The notes: a model not told the origin generated them from the letters alone. DNA of 58,383 nt, filler included, from Porpidia crustulata (GCA_964255105.1; 3 parts of 3 records of this genome joined end to end with filler, not necessarily neighbours in it); one strand, 5' to 3'. Positions 12,467 through 25,314 are shown, counted from the whole stretch's first letter. Program-made: numbers and translations.

Positions 12467-13578
12467 GATCCGAAAAAGTCCCTCGTCCGCCTGGGGGATC
12501 CTTAACATCATTGTATGAATTGCCTACTGTGTATGGTAACGCTCGTTATTTCACTATCTTTGATAGACACACAAACCAGTACGTACTTCATTTAAATGAT
12601 TACAATGTACAAGATGTGTTGTCTTCATTCCTCACCGCATCTCACTACCTATCCAATCTATACGTGCTCACCCCTCAGCGGGTCAACTGGGCTCAGACTA
12701 TTAATAATAACCCTAACCCTATGCCAGCTGACCGTTTGAGGGGTATACGTGTAGAGTATGACCCTCAAAGGATTTGCACTCCGAAGCTGAGTTAAAACCG
12801 TGCCCAGCATGACAATAATCTATGTGTCGGGTATCAAAAGCATCTAGGAGTCAAGCCTAATCTAAGCATCCACAGCTCTCGAAATTATGCGCCTTCAACG
12901 AACATTCTGTATTACTAATGGCAGGTAGTCACAATGGAAGGCATTGAATTTAGGGAGTTCGAGGTATCTCAGTGTCGAAATCGACAATTCGACAGCATAA
13001 CAGGATTTCTCGACTTTCAGACGGTATCTTGAATGGACGAATCCTAAATAAGCCAATCAAAACGATACCCTGTCTTCTTACAACTACATACACATATCAG
13101 AAGTAAAACTCCTAGGCGATAGTTCAAGCATGGGACTGTCATTATTGTAGAATAGAAGGCAGACCTAGTCGTCGAAACTCAACGATTTAAGACAAGCCGC
13201 TTCCTTGCTGTTCTGGTGTGTCGACGGAATTACCCTATTAGCACCTAATTTGTGTAAGTCCATGAGGCTGAGAGATCGAGACTTGTGATCGCGGCTCTTT
13301 GCAGACTTAGGCGCTGGTGGCGCTCCCCCTTGCATTCGAGAGCTGAACTCCTGCTTCCGTCGCGTGATTCGTCGTTGAAGTGGAACCATCAGACGATCTG
13401 GCTTTCTTTCCTCTCTTATGTAGATACATATACCTTCTCTGACCTCTTCATTCTGGTAAAGCATGTTCTTCGCTTTTGCATAAAAATTTTGAGATATTCC
13501 AGCGGTAACCTTAGGCTTTGATGCTTGCAAAGAGTTCTCCTTTACCCATTTCAAACATTAGTGCTTATTTAGTTCTCG

Positions 13579-15682
13579 ATGTCTGGAAGTAGGAGTGCTC
13601 ATAGTTTCGAGAATTTCGATGACCCACTCGTCTACGCCAAACATGAGGCAGCAGTACTACAGGCGGATACTTTCAATTTCGTCATAGATTTTGACAGCGA
13701 GACCGCTTTATCTACCTTAAATATTGATCTTCAATCTATGGAAAGCATCCTAAGTACCCAGGTACGACATTTCATTACGTTCCAGACCGCTTAAAAGCAA
13801 ACTTTCTAGCAACTCTCGTGCTTTTCGGCAAGTAGCTACTGACTTGGACTTGTTAGCGGGCAGGCAACGCAAGAACTCGATGGATGTAAGTTGATCTGTT
13901 GAGCATCATCTTCGAGCCATTGAGAGTAATTATTCGCATAGAAACATATGGATGCCAGAGAAGCAGAAAGATGTAATCACTGTCAGTCGATGCAGACACT
14001 TGAAGTTTTGTCGACTCTGACTTGATGGATAGGCGTTGGCAGATTACTACGATTTCTCGCCACGTCTCCTCGGCCTCATGGCCTGTGAACCGTTAAAGCC
14101 TGCGCTTGTAGTACACGAAGAGCGTCCTAGCAGAACGCGAGCGCTCGTACAAACATTCCGAGACCGGAAATCAACCGATACACATTCCTCGGATCCTGAG
14201 GCGGTTGAGATGGTGGAGCCCCACAAAAATGATGGAGATCTTGATCTGAATCACTATCGTATAATTGACGAAGTTTGGCATTTCTGTTCTGTGGACTGGG
14301 GATCCAAATGTAAGACGTTGCATATTGACTGATGAGACTCGACTCAATTTAAGGCAGATCTCAGTATAGGTTACAATTCTCTCCACAATGCGGAGACTAA
14401 AGTAAATGATGATACTTCGGACGAGCCACTACCGAAATTACCTCACGGAACCAGGCTATGGACATGGCTGATTCTATGCAGCGATGGTAAGCTGGCCTAT
14501 GATTGGGTAACCCCTGCAAGTGCTCACAGGTAGTATAGGCACTGTCATTGCTGTTCACGAGAATCCGTTCCCCGGTCGCTCTGGGATCTTAGACAATAAA
14601 GAACAGGCAGCTCTGAAAGTTATACGAAAAAACTTACTAAACGTCTTCCGACGACTAAGCAAGGCTAACGACGAAGCGATGACCAAAAATCCCATGTCGG
14701 CGCTGAAAATAAGATCAGGGGCACGGTCTGAAGAAGGCAGACCAATAATCAACTCAGATGCACCGAGCCTACTCTTTTACTATCTCTTCGATGACTGGTA
14801 TACAAGCTACAGCTTAGTTTCAAGGAAACAGCATCAATACGGACAGCAGCTTGAACGACTCGTAGGTTCACTTCATAAAGATTGCGGTAATTTCGCTTAC
14901 AGTCGTGTAGCGCGTGCAGATGTTTGAGAGGCCTGAAGTTGATCATATTGACAAATTGCATCATTTTGGGCGGCAGCTGGCTGTACTGAAGCGAATATAC
15001 CAAAGCTACGCCCTCATTATAGAGCGTATTCTAGATCGCCAAAGACTTCCAGATACTTCGGCAAAAAGTACACATAACCACTTTGCCAGCCATAGGGCAC
15101 TTGAGCACGAGGGACATCAGCCTCTACCCAATGGAGAAGTTGCGGTTGAGAATCTAACCTTTGAAGTACCTCTAGCGTCAGCCGCCACTGTTCGATTCGA
15201 GAGGTTGAAAGACAGGATCAATCTTTATGCATTGAGCGAGATACAAGACTGTCTGGATGAGAAGGAGTCTCTAGTATTCATGGTATGACGCTCTGTCTTG
15301 CGCTACGATATGACGCAGCTAATATTGATAGAACTTCAATCTGATCACACTGAAGCAGTCTAGTGCGGTTGAGCGCCTTACACGTATCACCATACTACTT
15401 GCGAAGGTCACCATACTCTTCATGCCCGTCAGCCTAATGACCGCCTATTTCTCGGTGCAGATTACAGATCTTTACGGTGTTTACACCGTTAAGACATATT
15501 GGGCTTGCTTTGGCGTCGTCATGGGAATGTCGTTGATTTTCCTAATTATATTTGGCAAGCTTAGTGGTACCTTAGAGGGAAAGCCCATCTATAGGTCATT
15601 CAGTGAGACCCTGTATGACAGCACCCGGCTTGTTTTGGGGAGGCACGCTATAGGGAGAAAGAGGAATGTGAGGGGATACTAA
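13579..15682 (+). CDS. Fungal CorA-like (Mg2+ transporter-like) membrane protein, multi-exon
   Basis: Exons include TRWINIW, DFSPRLLGLM, WHFCSVDWG and LLFYYLFDDW. The C-terminus SAVERLTRITILLAKVTILFMPVSLMTAYFS plus a second TM helix is typical of the CorA-like two-TM tail. Confidence 0.75.
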
Positions 15683-16515
15683 TGGAATTTCCTGTCTTGG
15701 AGTATAAGGAAGCGCAACTCGTGCATTTTGTCAGATTTCATGGAACTTTGCCCTCAACCAAATATCTTTCAGTAAGAAAACCCAGCCAATAATTCTGTGT
15801 TGGAAAGTATAGTAATAGGAACGGGATTTCGAGATCGTCGGTATTCTGGTCATGAAGGCAGATTTGGATTGCCGGGTAATTTATCCTACTACTAGATACC
15901 TACCCTAAGAGATTGTCCACAAATCGGGGCACATGGTCATCCCTGGTTCAAATAGCTGGTACCTAATCAGGAAGATCTGCAGCTGCCTGCAATGTCTTCA
16001 ATCTAGCCACGTTGCATTCACACGTTAAGTATATAAAGCTGGTTATGAGGAATATACCAGAAATATATTGAGATAGAGATCCTTTTATTCAACGCCTGAG
16101 CCAGTCAAGCTCCACTTAGCCACGTTAGTATCAATTGTCCTCTAAGGTCACGTGCCTCTCCGTTCGCCGAGCCGCCGTCTAAAAGTTCCAGTGGCCTCAA
16201 CAACACAATCATTGTCTGATTCGTACGACATCCACAGTCATCCCTTAAACTCATAGAGACTTACAATCACTCGATCCGAACGGTAATGTTCCCATTCTCC
16301 TATCAATAATGCAGCATGAAGGAAGTATCCCCGCAGTGTCGCCCAGGCTCTCATATCGACATGTTTCAATGCGCCATTACAAATCCCAAGTCAATCATGC
16401 CACAGACCCTTTCACGATTAATCTGAATTTTCCACAAGCTAACGAGCCGGTCAGTGGTGTTAAGGCATTCCCCAGTGATAAATTCTTTGACAAGCAACGA
16501 TTTCTCATTCCCTAG

Positions 16516-17258
<743 letters not shown>

Positions 17259-18157
17259 GACATCCGCCAAAGGTTTGGAGCTACCATATGAGGTCCTCAA
17301 ATTAGTCTTCCACTCGTCTTTCACCCCGCTTCTCCAGATCGTCTACTATCCTACTATTGTTGTCAAGCGAAAGTACTCTGGGTGGTTCCCAGGCACCAGA
17401 AGGGAGATAATGCATCTACGATAAAGATGCAGGATCTTATGTGCATTCGTAGTCTAGCTTCATGTCCGCGTGTGCTTGTGCTTGGGTCTGAATTTGTGGT
17501 ATGATAGGTGTTCAAAGCAATGCTAGAATTGAATTCACAGACGTCCACGTTGCATCTTGAACTTAAAAAATGTGACTCGATCAAGCAAAAATTGAAGCAG
17601 GTGAACAGCCATAAGTGGCTATCGGTAAAGCAGGAAATACAAAAACGCCTTTATGTGGCCCTCTGGCCATTCATGACTTCTCGACTCCTTTGACATTGAT
17701 ATACAGTTGTGTTGATTTGAATCCTAAACTCGGAGTGATCTGCTATTGAATGCCCACTTAGTCTTTTTGTTCATCCAGCTGCAAGCATACGAATCAATCC
17801 CTCGAAATATCTTCCATGGTCCGACGTCTCGTTCTTGAGAGGCAGCTGATATACATATAATTTATCGTTCAAAGCGACTGTCTAAGTATTCAAATCTAGA
17901 TGATATTTGAATTTGTCACTAAAGCCAGCCAAATCACATTGTCTCACAGTTTCACCATTCAAAGTACCGAAGTTCGCGCCTCCTGATCAGTGACTCAGAC
18001 CATCATGCAACCATTCGAAACCTCAAATACTTTACTTCATTCCTCCTTTGGATTTTTGTATTATTCTGAAGCTCATTCAAATTAAGGTTCGTAGTCTCTC
18101 GTTCTGTCTTCCATTGTCCTAGATTAGCCAAATCTGTCTTTTGTAGCAAAAAACATC

Positions 18158-19479
18158 ATGCCAGCAACGCGTGTGACCGTCGCTTTGAATTCCAAGCAAT
18201 CCCAGAGAGCCCCCCTTCTGATTCCTTCATCTGCCTCTCGCGATCCAGCGTCTGCATCTTCGGTCCGAGATCTTGTCATCAAGACTGCGCAGTCAAAGCT
18301 GCGGTTGAAGAAGCCCGCCAGGATCTTTGCAGCTGGGGGGAAAGAATTAAAAGAATCGAAGCACTGGGAGAGTGTTCTCAATGATGATGTTGTGCTGCTC
18401 GCTTCTGCTGGGGAGGACTATATTGGCTCCATCGAGGAAGAGACACTAGCTGCTCAGGGAGGGGATCAAGATGGAGGTAGATTATCTGAAGGCGGCAAAC
18501 CGAGTTGTTCCATCAATATTCTCGCCGAAAAGGCATTTGTCGACTCAACATCCATCACCCAACTAGAAACCACAGCGCGGACGCTGCCTGGGATTGTTCA
18601 CGCGGTAGCACAACCAGACCTACACCCAGGAACAAAGTTTCCCATTGGCGCTGTCTTTATTTCAAAAGGATGGATTCATCCGCCTTTGATTGGCGGCGAC
18701 ATTGGCTGTGGAATGGCCTGGTACAAGACTAAGTTATCAAGATCTCAGGTCGAGGGAGATAAAGGACGGAAAATTGCCGAAAAGCTACGGGGTCTCGAAG
18801 GTCCATGGCGAACCCAGCAGGACCGTGAAGTATGGTTACGAATAAATGCTTCTAATGACAATGCACACTGCGGGGCGGGCGAGGAATGGGATACCTCCTT
18901 GGGTACCATCGGCGCTGGTAATCATTTTGGCGAGCTCCAAGTTGTCGAACAATCGGCAATGACTGACGGGAAAAGCACTTCAAAATCTTCACGGCAGTTG
19001 TATGAAGGGGAGGTAATACTATTAGTCCATTCTGGATCTCGAGGCTACGGTGGAGACATTCTCAGGCGGTACACCGCCGATGGAAGAAGTAGTATACACA
19101 AGTCCGAGGCCGCAGCTAGGCTTTATCTACGCGAGCATGATCGAGCCTGTACCTGGGCAGCTAGGAACCGTGATCTTATAGCGCTGCGATTCTTGGCCTG
19201 CCTCGAGCCCGGCGATGATGCTTGGGACCTGGGCCTGAACGACCTCGAGTCAAACGCCACCGCTCTCCAGATCCTTACTGCAAGAACAGCCGTCCAAAAC
19301 CGAAGAGTGGTTGATATATGGCATAACAATGTTGAGATTACATCCTGGCCACCTCGCCCACCAGTCGCCGAAGACACCAACACTAATTCTGATATCAACG
19401 CATTCGACAACGGAAAAGACCTTCAATCTGGGCTTCAAAACTCACCAGGCCCCACCCAAACCTGCATCCATCGCAAAGG
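18158..19479 (+). CDS. RtcB-family RNA ligase (RtcB2 / PrfH-coupled type) with N-terminal DCX/KHA-like domain; truncated by assembly gap
   Basis: Intronless. Motifs PDLHPG..FPIG, GGDIGCGM, LGTIGAGNHFGELQ, LLVHSGSRG, WHN and IHRKG. The C-terminal catalytic His region is lost in the gap. Confidence 0.88.
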
Positions 19480-19579
19480 NNNNNNNNNNNNNNNNNNNNN
19501 NNNNNNNNNNNNNNNNNNNNNNNTTAATTAATTAANNNNNNNNNNNNNNNNNNNNNNNNNNNNNNNNNNNNNNNNNNNN
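19480..19579. other. Artificial contig linker (44 N + TTAATTAATTAA + 44 N)
   Basis: Palindromic all-frame stop spacer centred in an exactly 100-nt N block; the same structure occurs at 38950. Confidence 0.97.
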
Positions 19580-20105
19580 GTATTAACTAGGCCTTCCAGA
19601 ATGATGCACTACCAACTGCACCACTCCCCCGTCCCTGGTGTTCATGTGAGTGACAGCCAAGAAGTGAGCCACCTGGTCAGGGTCAAATGCATGCCCACTT
19701 CATTCCCACCATGAATTTACTGAAATCTTACCACACTAAGGTCTCAGCAGCCATGGCAAAACTAGTACGAGAACATGAGGGGTTGCGCCGTCGCGCTTTA
19801 ATAAGAACAAGATACATTATACCAAGTATTTGCAGGCCTCCTTCGATGCTGCCATCCAATGCATACGAGATCCCTTACTGCCTACGGGTCTTAGATATGT
19901 ATGATTTTATCAGACGGCTTATGCAAAAGATGCCATCACCGTGCTTAGAGCGCCATATCCTTGGGAGACGACATGTAGAGAGGGTTTGGAATCTTATGCG
20001 TTAAACGAATATATAATGGAGGAAACGCGCAACTAAAATAAATGCTGCAGTCCGTTTGTCCCTTTCCCATAACACGAAAATTTACCGAGACCAAGAATTA
20101 CTTCG

Positions 20106-21915
20106 TCAATTAAAGCCACTATGCGAAGCAGACCACTGTCCCTGACGATGATCCATTGTTGATGAAGATTGAGTGCCGGCTCTTTTGCGCAGCCCACGTT
20201 CAAATTCCTTGGTCATATGGTTTATCTGCTCAATTTCTTGAAGACCTTCTTGGAAGGCTGGAGAATCATGGGAAAGAGCCAGACCCGTGTGCAGGATCTA
20301 AAGTTTGGCATCAATAGAGTCAAAGAAGCCTGTGATTCGAGGGAATAGCACAAATGGTCTCGAAGGTAGTTTAGCCGTGAGGGCTTCATTAGGCGAGTCA
20401 ACGGCATCCGGGCTGTTCGCGGGCTGGTAATGAACAAAATCCCATTTCTGCCAATCATCAGTCGACGGTTCGTAGTCCAAGTGGACTCGACAACTGTCCC
20501 TCCGAAGGGCACTCCAGATCATGATGGCCAGATTAGCAATAGCTGTCAGCTTGGCACGTAATCGATGCTCGCTCGAGTTCTGAAAGTATCGAAGTTTGCC
20601 CAGAATAGCCTGCACAATGTCCAGCATATCAGATTTAGTAGATATTTCGGATGTTCCGGAATGACCATGTGGATCCAAACGATCGAGTTTATCAATCGTA
20701 GTCAACTGCCAGGATAATTCTTGACTCGGATTTGCGAGCTGGATTTCCGAGATCGCGTCGAGGATGAAATTCATGGTTTGTAGTCTAGACGTGTGCTCCA
20801 CTGCTGTCGTAGATTCAGCGAAATATCGTCGCTGTATGATAAAGATCGTCTTCGATAATATGAAGTCCTGTATAGCATATGTCCTCAAGCAAGTGGAAAC
20901 AGCGCTCTCGGAAGACAAGAGCGGATATTCGAAAATACCACTAGCCTTACACAACTGGTCTCGAATGACATCACTGTCCAGCTACAAGAAGTATCAATGG
21001 TACTGCAACTATAAATCCACATCTTCATCAGATCTGCATACCGACTTTGCATCCTTCGGCAAGAATATGAAATCGTTTAGTGCTACATCGTGAATGCGCT
21101 CGAACAATTTGTGGAAGCCGTTAATACTGAGATTTTCAATCAGTAATGCAGTATGAAACTTGAAGAGGATCAATGATTACTAGAATTGAGGTGTCTGCAC
21201 CGAGACCGTGGAGAGCGCTTTAATTTGACTTAATTCCGATTCGACGCTTCTAATGTATGATTGGGAACTTCTCTTTTCAATTTGAAAACTCTCTTTCTGC
21301 TCGTCAAGGTTCTTCTGACACTGTAAGTTCTTTTCCTCCAGCGTCTTAACGGCGCCTTGAAGTACGTTGTTCTCCGTCTCTAACGTTTTGATCTTCTTCT
21401 CAAGCTCCTCTCTCGTCCGCTTAATTTTAGCTACAGCTTTCTCCGAGAGCTGTTTCTTTGCTTCCTCTATCTGCCTTTTGTCTTTGCATATCTGAATGTA
21501 TTGCCATACGTGTATCATCCATACTTGCTTTTTCCGTTTCGAGCTTCTCTCGGTCCCACTCAAGCTGGTGGACGTCAGCTTTGTACGAGTCGTTTTCGTC
21601 CAAAAGTCTCGCCATCTCTTGATCCTTTCGAACAGTGAGGTCGGTCATCATGGTTTCGAGCTCATCGATCCGAGCCTGCTGATTGATACCGACATCATAT
21701 ACCATGTCGACATTATCGATCTCTTCCTGGTAAGCCTGCATAAAGCACAGGATCTTGAATACATGGCGCACAGCGTCTATGCCCACGTCTATATCCTCTT
21801 GCGTTAGGTCTTGAAGACTGGTGCTGAACAAACTCCTCGTGGTTTTCGCCTTCAATTTGCCTCTTCCATTTGAGTGGGTGTTCCCGTTCCTTTCGGTCGA
21901 GTCCCTGGGTCCCAT
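20106..21915 (-). pseudogene. Coiled-coil hypothetical protein, disrupted (frameshift near 21475, in-frame TAG at 20298-20300)
   Basis: MGPRDSTERNG... coiled coil changes frame at DMQRQK / RQIEEAKKQ. After DAKL* the same frame continues for 63 codons (ILHTGLALSHDSPAFQEGLQEIEQ...) to TGA at 20106. Confidence 0.6.
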
Positions 21916-22830
21916 CTTTAGGGAAGTGAGTCCCGGAGGATTAGACGACTTGGTTCTCAGCACAGGTCCTCGCACATGAAAGCGGAAAAGTGAGGGAGAA
22001 CGACGACGTGATAATTCAAGGTGAGACTGAAATGGAAGAGAGACATACGCTGGAGATCCGACTGGACGCCGCAGATACTGAATCCTTGCTTGTCTGAAGA
22101 TGGCTGAAGACAGCACGAGCAATGATCTCTTGGAAATAGGATCGTCCCGCTTCTTTCGAGGCTTTGGGACGTAGATATGCCTACCCATGAGAGTTCACCT
22201 CCCAAGTGTGGGTAAAGAAGGATGCAAGAAAATCTGGAGCATATCCAAATTCAATAAGTTCTCCGCCCACTTCTCTTCGATCACAACTGCGGCTTCTCGA
22301 GAAAGCTGTGTATCGCTCCGTTGCGTCTAGCAGAACAAGGTTGCCCAGTGATGGAACGTCGATGGTCCATTAGATTGCCACGTTGAACGTTATGGATGCT
22401 TCTTTTGTTGCCGCGCATTTCGTCACCGTATCGTATGCACGACTCGCCGGAAACAGTTTTAAGTAAAGAGCGGGCTCAAATAAGAAATGAGCACGTCAAG
22501 GAGTTCGCATGCACTGCATCAATCGTGTGGAGGAGGGAGGGAAAGACGAAAGAAAGGTTGGCTATCTATATAGGTGGGGGTAGCACGAGGCTTTCGTTCA
22601 AGCAAAATGATTGGCTAGGCTTGAAAGACAAAGCCTCCAATAGCATTCCAACTTTTCCTTTTGGCATCCAGCCCCCGGCACTGCATTTATTCGTTGTGGT
22701 ATTCGAAAATTTTCATTCCAAAGTCTGCTATGAAGCTCAACTTCTTCATTTGACCGGTATGGATTACGTCCTTATCTTGTACATACAAATAATCCTTTTA
22801 ATTCCGCAAGCACAATTCTAATGGACTAAT

Positions 22831-23037
22831 CGGTTTGGTTCCGAACCATTCAGGCTTTTTGTCGATGGCAAGCCGATATACATGCATAGAACATTGGTTG
22901 TCAGTGTATCAAAGCCACTTGATTGCCTAATCAATGGTTATATGTCCGAGGCGCAAAATGGTGAAGCAGGATTAGAAGAGGTTGATGAACCTGCATTTGC
23001 TCATTTCTGCCATTGGGCCTATGCGCAGCTTCAATAA
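22831..23037 (+). pseudogene. BTB/POZ domain fragment
   Basis: RFGSEPFRLFVDGKPIYMHRTLVVSVSKPLDCLINGYMSEAQNGEAGLEEVDEPAFAHFCHWAY then stop. This is the typical fungal BTB pattern, truncated, and is absent from the ORF track. Confidence 0.75.
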
Positions 23038-23139
23038 ACACACTCAATCATATCATGAATCGTGAATCCATCCCCAACATTCTTTAATAACCTCCTGATA
23101 CTATAATGACTCTCATGTGAGCTCCTAATACTGCTTTTC

Positions 23140-23769
23140 ATGAAAATGCTTTCACGATCAGATTACTATGTCACGCTCAGCATCACGAAATTATATACCA
23201 CGTACACCACTATCATCCAGCTAGAAAGTGACGTAATCCTCATAACGACCACTCAAGCCATATCATCAACGTCGCAGCACTCAGGTTCTTCCACTATCGA
23301 GTCGACAACTTCTAGCCGCGACGACAACACCTCAGGGTCAACAATTGGAATTATAGTGATATGCATTCTGGTGCCTCTGTTCCTCCTTTTACTGTTTTGT
23401 GCTTGTCTTTCGAAAGGAGACAGGAAAACTCAGGGACCAGAGGGACCGCGAGGTGAACGAGGACTGCAGGGAGAGCGCGTACTACGAGGAGTCCAGGGAG
23501 AACAGGGACAACATGGACCACAGGGAGATCGAGGAACACGAGGATTCCAGGGAGAACAGGGACAACATGGACCGCAGGGAGATCGAGGAACACGAGGATT
23601 CCAGGGGGAGCAAGGACAACATGGACCGCAGGGAGATCGAGGAGAACAAGGACCGCGGGGGGAACGCGGGGGGTTACAGGGAGCACAAGGAGTACAGGGA
23701 GTACAAGGAGTACAGGGAGTACAGGGAGTACAAGGAGTACAGGGAGTACAGGGGGTACAGGGGGTATAA
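23140..23769 (+). CDS. Single-pass membrane protein with collagen-like Gly-X-Y repeats (probably 3'-truncated)
   Basis: Ser/Thr-rich segment, TM helix [23 protein letters not shown], then about 35 Gly-X-Y triplets (GPE, GER, GEQ, GPQ, GVQ). Confidence 0.65.
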   Translation: MKMLSRSDYYVTLSITKLYTTYTTIIQLESDVILITTTQAISSTSQHSGSSTIESTTSSRDDNTSGSTIGIIVICILVPLFLLLLFCACLSKGDRKTQGPEGPRGERGLQGERVLRGVQGEQGQHGPQGDRGTRGFQGEQGQHGPQGDRGTRGFQGEQGQHGPQGDRGEQGPRGERGGLQGAQGVQGVQGVQGVQGVQGVQGVQGVQGV

Positions 23770-23814
23770 GGAGTATAGGGAGTGTAGAGGCCGTAAGACG
23801 TACAGGGAGTGCAA
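23494..23814 (+). repeat. Nested coding tandem repeats: 54-bp unit x~2.8 (23494-23643) and 9-bp GGAGTACAR unit (23671-23814)
   Basis: [18 protein letters not shown] is repeated, followed by a (GVQ)n array that continues past the stop. Confidence 0.9.
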
Positions 23815-23895
23815 TCTGCTAGAAGAATGGACATCCATAATGTACGTTTCCCAGTGATCCACAATCTCAGCCCAACTATCCTAGCTTTACAGCGC

Positions 23896-24310
23896 TTATA
23901 TAGAGGTGGGGAAATTTTCGAAAGTCTGCAGGTCCGCGGAAAGTCGAAGACTTTCCGATTCGCGGGACTCTTTTTCGTAGATAGGCTTGTCGATATTGTA
24001 ACGAAAGCTCCGCTTCGCTTTGAGAATTGCGTTGACGAACACTATTTGGTGCCTTTCAGGCTCTCTTCCTTCTCTTCGGAGCTCTAATCCGGCTGTGCTA
24101 GCAGTCGATGAAGTTTGCTGTTTTAGCAGTTTCATTAGTTTTCCGTTCTGCTCTTCTAGCGTATCAGTCCTCTATTGTAGTATGACCTTCGGTGGCAGTC
24201 TCGATTTCTTGAAGTCAGCGGTGTTCTGAGATGGAGGAGCACTTGTCGCCAGTTCTGATTCATTTTCCGGTGCTAGCAATTGATGTGAAGGGCTCGGAAC
24301 CAGGTTCATG
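23896..24310 (-). pseudogene. Gene relic (hypothetical) with internal TAG
   Basis: Frame reads ...KKSRLPPKVILQ*RTDTLEEQNGKLMKLLKQ...[16 protein letters not shown]; family not recognised. Confidence 0.3.
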
Positions 24311-24473
24311 TAGATGCTGGATAGTGTCTCGAATTGTCTTCAACACGGCTGCTCAGATGGCTCCGGACTAGAGTGTAAGGTGAACCTTCGCGCCCACTTT
24401 AGAGTATCTGTGGAATTGAAAAGGACATGTGAACCTTGTGGGGCCTTGATTTGTACTAGCTTCAGAGTAGAAC

Positions 24474-25006
24474 ATGACGGACAGTCTAGATGGAGATTAC
24501 CTGGGTCTCGAAAGAACATTCACGACTCTGATTTCATGGCTCAAACCGGCTGACGTCAATCCTCATGCGACGCTTCTTAGTCCTATTTTAAACGCAGTAG
24601 CCGAGTGCGAGGACCCATCCGAAACAGTTCAAACCGTCAAAGATCGGTCATCAGTGATGCACAAGCTTCTCCCTCCGCATCCAACCATGCTATCTTCCGT
24701 CAATACAGCGTTCATAAAGTACATGGCCGCAATAGAACTTTTCAAAAACTTCGAGGCGATCTTTCAGCGTTACATGGAGGAAATAGACTTCAAGAGCTGC
24801 GGCAATATTGCTTGGGTGGAGATGCGGGAGAAGCACACCATTTGGAACCTTGGCCACTGCGTCTCCACCCCAAAGCGGACATCAAAGAGGCACAGGTAAA
24901 ATTCGAGTCTTTGTTGGCGTCTGGACATACAGGACGCGAACGATACGTCGAGTGGATACGAGTTGCCCCGGCATCAGGACAGCACATCTGCAGGATCAAA
25001 TTTTAG
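24474..25006 (+). pseudogene. C-terminal fragment of a fungal DUF4470/MYND-associated protein, frameshifted near 24840
   Basis: DGDYLGLERT...LKPADVNPHATLL..LNAV...MREKHTI / EPWPLRL...FESLLASGHTGRERYVEW resembles the C-terminus of that family as I recall it. No N-terminal part is present. Confidence 0.55.
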
Positions 25007-25314
25007 TATGTCGTTAACGCTAGAATCTCTAGAGAGCTCGCGACTTCCCGGATCTTCTACTGAAAGCTTGCCAGGCACAGTGAAGTAGGCGTAGCGTTAT
25101 CTTAACCTCTTTGCTGTTTTATCAATGGCCCTTTATACTGTCTCAAAGTCTGCAGCATTCGTCTGAAGTCAGATACAGTATGGATTGGTGGGGTTGATCT
25201 GTCCAACCACAAGGTCATGTCCCCCGCTTTCCCCTCATTCCACAAATAATTTTACAAAAGGTCTGTCCCTCGACATTCCATCACGACGGGATTAACACAT
25301 CCTATAGAACATAG

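Noticed and set aside
12430..13554. ORFs 12430-12795 (+) and 13165-13554 (-) in the RPL1-CorA intergenic region
   Set aside because: Non-ATG starts and no recognisable family. A small spliced gene cannot be excluded but is unsupported.
19524..19535. TTAATTAATTAA palindrome as a biological site (e.g. piggyBac TTAA target)
   Set aside because: It is centred in N runs and repeated identically at 38994-39005, so it is an assembly spacer.
23399..23864. Alternative-frame and antisense ORFs (REYKEY..., PCTPCT..., YSLYSL...) over the collagen repeat
   Set aside because: They are shadows of the stop-poor 9-bp repeat. Only the Gly-X-Y frame is joined to a TM helix and a plausible N-terminus.
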